Shown piece after piece: positions 7,336-13,932 of a stretch of 13,932 nt of DNA; within the stretch, counting starts at the first letter, position 1; every line of letters starts with the position of its first letter. The stretch is from Promethearchaeia archaeon. GTDB taxonomy: Archaea > Asgardarchaeota > Lokiarchaeia > Sigyniarchaeales > SOKP01. The position numbers were made by a program, and so were the translations under genes. The stretch spans positions 1 through 13,932 of the forward strand of contig JAHQWL010000099.1 of assembly GCA_029856155.1 (NCBI GenBank), in the 5' to 3' direction. Below the pieces are notes generated by a model that worked only from the letters and a program-made list of their open reading frames with translations, was not told where the DNA came from and did no database searches.

Positions 7336-8271
7336 TTATATTCTTAAATTTACTATAAATTGAGCTAATTCAATCTTTTTTCTTAAATTAGTCATTATTG
7401 TATCATATAAATAAGTCTTGATTCCTAATTCTTCAATTTTTGGTTTTAAATCATAGTCTTTCATGTCTATAATAAAATGACCTAAAAAATCTTTATATAA
7501 TCTAGCAACACCTACACATGAAACCTCCAAACCAATACTTTTCATCATTTTATCTGCTGGACCTTTAACTGATGCCCCTTCTATAATTGGGCTTATTCCA
7601 AAAACTTTATCCCTAACTTGGGAAAGAGTTTTCTTAATTCCTTTTACTTGTAGAATAGTTCCTATTGACACAATAGGATTTGATGGGCAGATTATGACTT
7701 TTTTAGCTTTTTGTATATATTTTAATATACCCTTAACTGGTACAGCCTCTTCAATACCTTCAAGTTCTACTTTTAAAATCTCTGGTTTACATTGATACTT
7801 AATGAAAAATTCTTCGAAATGCATCTTTCCTGAGGGTGTAGTTATATATGTTTCAACAGATTCATTACACATAGGCAAAATATGAGATTTAACTCTCAAA
7901 TTTTTACATATCAAATCAGTTATCTCAGCTTTATTAAAACCATGATTGAATAAATCCGTCCGATAGATATGTGTAGCTAAATCTTTATCACCAACATTAA
8001 ACCATCCTGTATCATAATATTTCTTCAAAGAACTTAAACAATTAAAAGTATCATGTGCAAATCCCCATCCTTTTTCCTCATCCACTAAATTTGCTAATGT
8101 ATAAGTTATAATATCTAAATCAGGACAAATTTTGAGTCCAAATAGTTCAATATCATCACCAGTATTCACAATAATCTTAAGAATTTCGGGATTTACCACT
8201 TTTGCTAATCCTTTAATTAATTTTGCAGCTCCGATCCCTCCTGCTAATATTACAATATAATTTTCACTCAT
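7336..8271 (-). CDS. cofD: 2-phospho-L-lactate (or phosphoenolpyruvate) transferase, LPPG/EPPG:FO transferase, F420 biosynthesis (CofD/FbiA)
   Basis: Motifs LAGGIGAAKL, IVNTGDD...GLKICPDLD...YTLA, WFNVGDKDLATHIYRT, ILPM, HFEEFF, ICPSNPIVSIGTIL and SPII...VKGPADKMM. I placed the start at the second Met (ATG 8271, MSENYIVILAGG), 4 nt after the cofE stop, rather than at 8298. Confidence 0.95.
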   Translation of the reverse strand: MSENYIVILAGGIGAAKLIKGLAKVVNPEILKIIVNTGDDIELFGLKICPDLDIITYTLANLVDEEKGWGFAHDTFNCLSSLKKYYDTGWFNVGDKDLATHIYRTDLFNHGFNKAEITDLICKNLRVKSHILPMCNESVETYITTPSGKMHFEEFFIKYQCKPEILKVELEGIEEAVPVKGILKYIQKAKKVIICPSNPIVSIGTILQVKGIKKTLSQVRDKVFGISPIIEGASVKGPADKMMKSIGLEVSCVGVARLYKDFLGHFIIDMKDYDLKPKIEELGIKTYLYDTIMTNLRKKIELAQFIVNLRI

Positions 8272-8275
8272 AGTA

Positions 8276-9694
8276 TCAACCCAATACCCTTGGTTCATAT
8301 ATTATTTCTTTCATTTTTTTGCGATTTGGAGCTTTTACAGCTTTAAGAGGATATCCTACTGTAAAAAATGCCATTGGAATATAAGATTTAGGAAGTTTTA
8401 AAGATTCTTTTATAATCTCTTTGGCAAATAATGGAGCACAATACCAACATGCTGCTAACTTTTTTGTTTCAAAAGCAAGAAGCAGATAAGTTGCTGAGCT
8501 GCTAATACTCTGTACACCTAAAAATAATTCATTATGTGTTCTTTCAATATCTTCATACTTTTCTAATTCTTTCTGATCTAAACATAATAAAATTAAAAAA
8601 GGTGCCTGTAAAAAGGTATTTCTTGTTTTTTCACTTTTCACATTAATGACTTCTTCACCATTTCCATCTTTCAGTAAATCATATCTTAATTTTTGATTCA
8701 TTTTATTTACTAGACTTTCACGTTGCACACCTTTCTGTAATATAATATACCTCCAAAATTGCCCATTATGGGCACTTGGAGCCCAACGCGCGAGTTCAAT
8801 GCATTCTTCAATAACTTTTTTATCTACATCCTTGGATGCAAAATCAAATTTGTAGCTTCTTCGATTTTTGAGAATTTCTAAAAATCTATCATCTTTAGGT
8901 TCTCTAAATAAATCAATTTCCTTTTTTCGTAATATTGATTTAATTTTAGACTTCTCATTAAATTGAAAATTATAACCTCTTATTAACACAATTGGAATCC
9001 CCTCATCTGATTCACCCATGACTAACTGTGCTGCTGCTGCTAGACTATCAACTTGACCAATGATAGTTGTTTGGAGTTTATATCCAAATAAATCTTTTTT
9101 ACCTCGCATATCTAAAATTGGATCTATCCCTGAAACTCCAATAGCTGTTCCTATAGCTCCTATTCTAAAAGCTCTTCCAAATGAATCGGAAATAATTACT
9201 GCAATTTCCTTATTGGTTTTATTTTTTAGTGTAATTCTAATTTTCTCAGCATCAATATCTGGATTTTCTGGTAATAAGGTTATAATTCCTTCTTCACCCA
9301 CATTAGATTTATCTATTCCAGCATCAGCACAGATAAACCCGTGTTTTGTTTCAGTTATTAAAACATGATCAGTCTTTATAATATTCTTTGATTCATCTAA
9401 AATAGCTTGGATTAATTTAGGATCCTTTTCAGGTAATCCTAGATTTCTCATACTTGGAGCTGTAGATCTATATATTTCAATAGCTCTCTCACTTGGATTG
9501 ATCTTATTCAAATTTCTGATACGTCCATTACTTTTTGATATTATTGATTGAGCTATTATAATAATATCCCGATCTTCTAAATTAATCTCATTTTTATTTA
9601 AAGCATCTATAATTATATCTGTGATTTTATCTCCTTTTTTAATTAATGGAATTCCTTTTAATCCTATAATTTTAATTTCGTTTTTAAAATTCAT
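8276..9694 (-). CDS. cofE: Coenzyme F420-0:L-glutamate ligase (CofE) fused to a C-terminal FMN nitroreductase-fold domain (FbiB-like architecture)
   Basis: The N-terminal ~265 aa are CofE: GIPLIKKGD, QSIISKSNGR, HGFICADAGIDKSN, LLPENPD, ISDSFGRAFRIG, DLFG..L..T, DSLAAAAQLVMGESDEGIPIVLIRG and DLFR. The C-terminal ~200 aa (~8890-8276) are nitroreductase: ILKNRRSY, ARWAPSAHNGQFWRY and ACWYCAPLF...VGYP. Confidence 0.93.
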   Translation of the reverse strand: MNFKNEIKIIGLKGIPLIKKGDKITDIIIDALNKNEINLEDRDIIIIAQSIISKSNGRIRNLNKINPSERAIEIYRSTAPSMRNLGLPEKDPKLIQAILDESKNIIKTDHVLITETKHGFICADAGIDKSNVGEEGIITLLPENPDIDAEKIRITLKNKTNKEIAVIISDSFGRAFRIGAIGTAIGVSGIDPILDMRGKKDLFGYKLQTTIIGQVDSLAAAAQLVMGESDEGIPIVLIRGYNFQFNEKSKIKSILRKKEIDLFREPKDDRFLEILKNRRSYKFDFASKDVDKKVIEECIELARWAPSAHNGQFWRYIILQKGVQRESLVNKMNQKLRYDLLKDGNGEEVINVKSEKTRNTFLQAPFLILLCLDQKELEKYEDIERTHNELFLGVQSISSSATYLLLAFETKKLAACWYCAPLFAKEIIKESLKLPKSYIPMAFFTVGYPLKAVKAPNRKKMKEIIYEPRVLG

Positions 9695-9706
9695 AATAGA
9701 TCCACT

Positions 9707-10762
9707 TTAGATATTTATATATCTTTTAATCTCCACTTTATTACTTTCAGCTAAGTTTTCATATTTTTTGGGAATTGCACAGCAAGCAGAAAAAAACTTG
9801 AATTGGATTTCAGAATTGTTGTTTTTTAACCATTGTAAAGTGTCCTTAGAAGGAATTTCAATTCTTGTTATCCCTGCTTTAATTGCATATTTTTCAACCT
9901 CACTTTTTATGTTTCCACGAGGTCTCATGCATCCTAATGAAATTTCTGTTTTAGGAAAAATAAATCTTAATAGAGCTATAATTTTTGCAATATCTTCCGG
10001 TTTTGGAATATCAAACTTTATCTTAGAATTTTTAGGAGGAATTAACACAATAACAACAATCAATGATGGATTTATTTCAGTTTCTTTAATAAATTTGATA
10101 GAATCTAATTCTTTATTGAGTCTTCCATAATGCAAACCGACACAAATATGAGGAACAATGTTTAATTTATATTGCTTTAATAAATCAATTGCTCTTGAAT
10201 ATTCACTTAATTCTATATCTAAATGATAAATATTTTTTACAACTTCTTCATCCATATTAACATCAAAAGATACGATATCAACATTAGCATCAGCGAGTTT
10301 CTTTGCTGTTTCTTGATCTAACAATCCAGTATGTGTATTAATAATTAAATTTGTTTCTTTCTTCACTTTTTTAATGGTATCTAAAAAATTTAATAAAGGT
10401 ACTGAACCATCATGGCTACTTCCACCCGAAATTAACGCCCCAACTCCATTATTTTTCGCAAGACTAGTTAAGAATTGTTCTAAACTTCTATTATCATTTA
10501 GTTGTTTCATCCCTTTCAAATATTTCTTATTACAATGTTCACACTTTAAGGCGCAATCAGTCCCCGTTATACTAATAGCGGGAAATCTTTTAGTTGGATT
10601 ATAAATTTTTAAAATATTTCCAAAATTCTTCTTGGTAATATCTCGAGCTAAAATAAAAAATGTTTCCAACTCTTTATACCCAATATTTATAAATTCCGAA
10701 TAATCAGACCATACTGCGTTTCCAGATTCTATTTTTTCTAATAATCCTTGTACTTCATTCAT
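9707..10762 (-). CDS. lipS1: Radical SAM protein, LipS1-type lipoyl synthase subunit
   Basis: CX3CX2C motif (ISITGTDCALKCEHC), LISGG and VPHICVGL. The C-terminal LGCMRP and CC (SACCA) auxiliary-cluster motifs are those I recall as diagnostic of Thermococcus-type LipS1. Adjacent to a lipoate ligase and lipS2. Confidence 0.85.
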   Translation of the reverse strand: MNEVQGLLEKIESGNAVWSDYSEFINIGYKELETFFILARDITKKNFGNILKIYNPTKRFPAISITGTDCALKCEHCNKKYLKGMKQLNDNRSLEQFLTSLAKNNGVGALISGGSSHDGSVPLLNFLDTIKKVKKETNLIINTHTGLLDQETAKKLADANVDIVSFDVNMDEEVVKNIYHLDIELSEYSRAIDLLKQYKLNIVPHICVGLHYGRLNKELDSIKFIKETEINPSLIVVIVLIPPKNSKIKFDIPKPEDIAKIIALLRFIFPKTEISLGCMRPRGNIKSEVEKYAIKAGITRIEIPSKDTLQWLKNNNSEIQFKFFSACCAIPKKYENLAESNKVEIKRYINI

Positions 10763-11534
10763 ATTTTTTTAACCATTTCTTATTCGAATATTTATCTTTT
10801 ACTAATTTTTTAGCTAAATTTATTTCATTATCAGAAAAATTACCTTCTTTTAATTCAATTCCTAGGGATTTTTGAAAACCGCGTCTTAATGAATTTATCA
10901 ACTCCCCTTCGTCAAAACTTTGTATTTGATTTTTAATTCCAATACATTTAGCTCGTACAGATTTTACCATCCGAGATTTTCCTACACTTTCAGGTGCTTT
11001 TAACACAGAATACATCAAATCTGGGTCGATATCTAATAAAATAGTACCATGTTGAAGAATGTATCCTTTTTTTCTGACTTGTGCATTCCCAGAGAATTTT
11101 TTTCCATCTAGTAGAATTGCCGGGCAATGAATAACATCTTTTTCTGGTTTTAAACCATAAATATTTAATCCAGTAATCATTCCTTGAGTAATTATCTCAA
11201 ATTGATCTAAAACCTTATTAGCACCTAAATTCTCGAGAAATTTGATAGGACAGACAATTGAATATGTAATTTCTCTAAATTCGTCGTGAAAAACAGCACC
11301 ACCTCCAGTAATACGTCTTACCATATTAAATCCTTTCTCTTTTACGATTTGAACATCAATTTCATTCGATAGACTCTGATTTCTCCCTATACTTGCTGTT
11401 GAAGGTTTCCATTTATAAAATCTTAATGTATTCGGAGATTTCTTCTCAATTGCCATTTTTAAAATTGCCTCATCTAAACCCATATTCCAAAAGCCATTTT
11501 TAACTTCTAATGGCAAAAATCTCCACCCATTCAT
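10755..11534 (-). CDS. lplA: Lipoate/octanoate-protein ligase catalytic domain (LplA-N / LipM-like; BPL_LplA_LipB family)
   Basis: Motifs NMGLDEAIL, TLRFYKW...SIGRNQ, VRRITGGGAVFHD...ITYS and KKFSGNAQ...LQHGTILLD. At 259 aa it lacks the LplA C-terminal (LplB) domain. Its stop overlaps the lipS1 start (ATGAATGA, 8 nt). Confidence 0.9.
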   Translation of the reverse strand: MNGWRFLPLEVKNGFWNMGLDEAILKMAIEKKSPNTLRFYKWKPSTASIGRNQSLSNEIDVQIVKEKGFNMVRRITGGGAVFHDEFREITYSIVCPIKFLENLGANKVLDQFEIITQGMITGLNIYGLKPEKDVIHCPAILLDGKKFSGNAQVRKKGYILQHGTILLDIDPDLMYSVLKAPESVGKSRMVKSVRAKCIGIKNQIQSFDEGELINSLRRGFQKSLGIELKEGNFSDNEINLAKKLVKDKYSNKKWLKKYE

Positions 11535-11550
11535 TTTTTTTATTAACTTC

Positions 11551-12561
11551 TTAATTTACAAATTTGCATAATAATTCATATATTTCCAATTTTTCTTTTT
11601 CTGTTAATTTTCGGGGGTAATTATAAATAGGACCTGATGGTTTAGACGTATAGAAAGGACGGTTGCATCCCGGACATCCTGAAGTTAAAAAAGCACTTGT
11701 ATTATGAATAATAATATTTAGTTCTTTTTTCCTCATATTAATATTTATTATCTCTCCTTTTCTATTAAAGGCAAAATCTTTTAACTGTTTCTCACGATTA
11801 ATAATAAGAAATCTTCCTAACTGTAATTTTCTAAAACTTGGAATAGTAGGTTGATGCAGATTTTCAAATCTTGTACCTTCTATAGGTGTAAATGCAAACA
11901 AGGATATGGTGATACCCATATTATTCAAATTTTCGATGAGTTCAATTACATCTCTTTCAGATTCTCCTAGCCCGATAATAATATGAGTACTTACATATCC
12001 AGGGGAAAATATGTCCAATGCTTCATGCAACTTCTGAAAATGTTCCTCCCACTTATACGGACCTTCAACATTACTCCCTTTAATATTTTCAAAAACTTCA
12101 GATGTAGCACCATCTAAAGCAATTCCTATTCTTTGAACCCCCCTATTTTTTAATTCTATCAACTTTTCTTTTGATAGAGGTGGAATGGCAACCGATATTG
12201 GGATATCAGTATAAGTTCTAATCTGAGTTATAATTTCTTTTAAATCATTAAAATTTTCTGGATAATTGAGAGTTTGAATGCAAATACGTTCGAATTTTTT
12301 TGAATATGGCATATATTTTAGTTTTGTTAGAAAATTTTTAAAGGGAAATATTGGCCAGTCAACTCGAGAAAGTTTTTCAATAGAACTCTTTGATGATCTA
12401 GCTTGAGGACAAAAACCACAATTCGCCATACAATGACCTTTCTTGAATGTCATAATATAACATGTAGTTGGGGGATTTTTGAAGTGGGGTAATCCCCCTA
12501 AGTCTAAAACAGAAGCGCTTCCCACAGATATTCTTATTTTTTCTATTGTCACTAATCTCAC
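11551..12561 (-). CDS. lipS2: Radical SAM protein, LipS2-type lipoyl synthase subunit
   Basis: CX3CX2C motif CMANCGFCPQAR, LSRVDWP, HIIIGLGE and LFAFTP..GT. The C-terminal TSGCPGCNRP matches the T-x-G-C-P-x-C-(N/D)-R-P motif I recall for LipS2. The start is GTG at 12561 or the in-frame GTG at 12552. Confidence 0.85.
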   Translation of the reverse strand: MRLVTIEKIRISVGSASVLDLGGLPHFKNPPTTCYIMTFKKGHCMANCGFCPQARSSKSSIEKLSRVDWPIFPFKNFLTKLKYMPYSKKFERICIQTLNYPENFNDLKEIITQIRTYTDIPISVAIPPLSKEKLIELKNRGVQRIGIALDGATSEVFENIKGSNVEGPYKWEEHFQKLHEALDIFSPGYVSTHIIIGLGESERDVIELIENLNNMGITISLFAFTPIEGTRFENLHQPTIPSFRKLQLGRFLIINREKQLKDFAFNRKGEIININMRKKELNIIIHNTSAFLTSGCPGCNRPFYTSKPSGPIYNYPRKLTEKEKLEIYELLCKFVN

Positions 12562-12589
12562 TAGTGAGTTAGTAAAATTAAGTTTTACT
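12551..12589. promoter_or_regulatory. Two abutting inverted repeats at the 5' end of the lipS2 operon (candidate operator)
   Basis: ACTAA-T-CTCACTAGTGAG-TTAGT (12551-12573) has a perfect 12-bp palindromic core at 12557-12568. AGTAAAA-ttaag-TTTTACT (12571-12589) is a 7-5-7 dyad. Confidence 0.45.
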
Positions 12590-12749
12590 GCTTCGGTTTA
12601 TAATTTTTATAGTGATTATAAATATAGCTATTTTAACAAATATCGAGATTTGCCAATTATAAATAACTACATAAAAAATTTATTAAATCAATAATTAAAA
12701 TATTAAATATTATGTATATCCCCTAATTTTAGAAAAGTGTTATAATTCT
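12590..12749. promoter_or_regulatory. Divergent promoter region between lipS2 (-) and leuS (+)
   Basis: Non-coding AT-rich gap between head-to-head genes. It has several TATA-like words, e.g. minus-strand TTATAAA around 12597-12603 and TTTATAAT around 12616-12623. The functional boxes cannot be assigned by eye. Confidence 0.5.
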
Positions 12750-13932
12750 ATGGTTGAGTATGACGCACAAAAAATAGAAAAGAAATGGCAACAAAAATGG
12801 GAAGAAGACAAAATCTTTGAAGTTAATGTGGATCTAAAGAAAAAAAAATATTATGTATTGGAGATGTATCCATATCCTTCTGGTAAACTTCATATGGGGC
12901 ATCTTAGGAATTACACTATCGGAGATTGCTTTGCCCGGTTTAAAAGGATGAATGGTTTCAATGTACTTTACCCAATGGGTTATGATTCGTTTGGAATGCC
13001 TGCAGAAAATGCAGCAATAGATCATGGAGCTAATCCAGAAGAATGGACAAATAAAAATATTAATACTATGAAAAATCAGCAAAAAAGGATTGGGCTTTCA
13101 TATGATTGGACAAGAGAAATATATAGCCATAATCCTAACTTTTATAAATGGGATCAATGGTTTTTCTTGCAGATGCTAGATAAGGGATTAGCATATAGAC
13201 AAGAAAGTTATGTTAACTGGTGCCCAAAATGTGTTACTGTTCTAGCTAACGAACAGGCTCAAGGAGGAAGATGCTGGAGATGCAACTCTCTCGTTGATCA
13301 AAAGTTTTTAACACAGTGGTTCCTAAAAATAAGAGATTACGCAGAGGAACTATTAGAGGGGTTAACTATTGTCGATTGGCCAGAGAAAGTTAAAGTTATG
13401 CAACAAAACTGGATTGGAAAATCTGAAGGGACAATCATTAAATTCCCAATTGTTGGAGAGGATAGGACCATAGATATATTTACAACAAGACCTGATACAC
13501 TTTTTGGAGTCACATTTATGGTTTTTGCTCCAGAACATCCTTGGGTTCGTGAATGGGTGATAAATACTGAATATGAGAAAGCCTTCAAAAAAATATATGA
13601 TGAGGTAATGCACCAGGATAAATTTGAAAGATCTGCTATTGAAATAGAGAAAAAGGGTCTATTCATCGGAAAATATGCCATAAATCCGATTAACAACGAA
13701 GAAGTACCTATATATATTGGCAATTTCGTCATTTATGAATACGGAGCTGGTGCTGTTATGGCAGTACCTGCACATGATCAAAGAGATTTTGAGTTCGCTA
13801 AGGAATATAATATTCCCATTAAAATTGTTATTCAACCGTATGATTATGAATTAAATGTTACCAAAATGAAAAGAGCCTATGAGAGCGATGGAATCCTCAT
13901 AAATTCAGATGAATTCAATGGTATGGAAAATC
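12750..13932 (+). CDS. leuS: Leucine--tRNA ligase, bacterial-type (3'-truncated by the window end)
   Basis: Translated manually from ATG 12750 with no stop before the window end: MVEYDAQKIEKKWQQKWEE...KYYVLEMYPYPSGKLHMGHLRNYTIGD (HIGH-type HMGH at 12891-12902), PMGYDSFGMPAENAAI, GLSYDWTRE, Zn knuckle NWCPKCVTVLANEQ...CWRC, QWFLKIRDYAEELL, WPEKVKVMQQNWIGKSEG, and CP1 editing motifs FTTRPDTLFG and YGAGAVMAVPAHDQRDFEFA. Confidence 0.97.
   Translation, partial: MVEYDAQKIEKKWQQKWEEDKIFEVNVDLKKKKYYVLEMYPYPSGKLHMGHLRNYTIGDCFARFKRMNGFNVLYPMGYDSFGMPAENAAIDHGANPEEWTNKNINTMKNQQKRIGLSYDWTREIYSHNPNFYKWDQWFFLQMLDKGLAYRQESYVNWCPKCVTVLANEQAQGGRCWRCNSLVDQKFLTQWFLKIRDYAEELLEGLTIVDWPEKVKVMQQNWIGKSEGTIIKFPIVGEDRTIDIFTTRPDTLFGVTFMVFAPEHPWVREWVINTEYEKAFKKIYDEVMHQDKFERSAIEIEKKGLFIGKYAINPINNEEVPIYIGNFVIYEYGAGAVMAVPAHDQRDFEFAKEYNIPIKIVIQPYDYELNVTKMKRAYESDGILINSDEFNGMEN

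Noticed and set aside
8272-8298. Longer cofD start (MNQGYWVDT...) overlapping cofE
   Set aside because: CofD homology begins at IVILAGG, and ATG 8271 lies 4 nt after the cofE stop, making it the more plausible start.
9060-10604. Plus-strand ORFs 9060-9368, 9768-10130 and 10374-10604
   Set aside because: All are antisense to well-supported cofE and lipS1. Their Ile/Ser/Phe-rich composition is typical of reverse-complement shadows.
9707-12561. The two radical SAM genes as CofG/CofH (FO synthase), BioB or LipA, given their position next to cofE/cofD
   Set aside because: They lack the LipA CX4CX5C motif and recognisable CofG/CofH or BioB signatures. They carry GCMR+CC and TSGCPGCNRP motifs and flank a lipoate ligase, which fits LipS1/LipS2.
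12479-12694. 71-aa plus-strand ORF spanning the lipS2 start and the divergent promoter
   Set aside because: It overlaps lipS2 antisense and runs through low-complexity AT-rich promoter DNA, with no coding features.
12836-12848. A-run in leuS as a possible frameshift site
   Set aside because: Counting the bases gives AAG AAA AAA AAA TAT, in frame with both the start and the HMGH motif, so no shift is needed.
12834-13732. Minus-strand ORFs 12834-13082, 13337-13732 and 13362-13613
   Set aside because: Antisense shadows of leuS, which occupies the + strand.
1-13932. CRISPR arrays, tRNA/rRNA genes, IS elements or integrases
   Set aside because: No direct-repeat arrays, GC-rich structured RNA segments or transposase/integrase motifs were seen, and the spacers are short and AT-rich.

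Overview
AT-rich, gene-dense archaeal-looking window. The gene content, low GC and A-rich spacers suggest Asgard/Lokiarchaeia, but that is inference. There are three blocks. (1) 1-7321, + strand: a six-gene MoxR-type membrane cluster. It comprises the 3' end of a large Ig-like surface protein with a TM helix and DUF4129-like tail, a free-standing paralog of that tail, a DUF4350/GATase-like membrane protein, a MoxR AAA+ ATPase, a DUF58/vWA protein and an unknown polytopic coiled-coil membrane protein. (2) 7336-12561, - strand: a tightly coupled cofactor operon, lipS2 - lipoate ligase/octanoyltransferase - lipS1 - cofE::nitroreductase (FbiB-like fusion) - cofD. It joins the non-canonical two-radical-SAM lipoate pathway to F420 biosynthesis, and two abutting inverted repeats lie at its 5' end. 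(3) 12750->end, + strand: a divergent, bacterial-type leucyl-tRNA synthetase that is absent from the ORF track because it runs off the window. I saw no RNA genes, CRISPR arrays or mobile elements.
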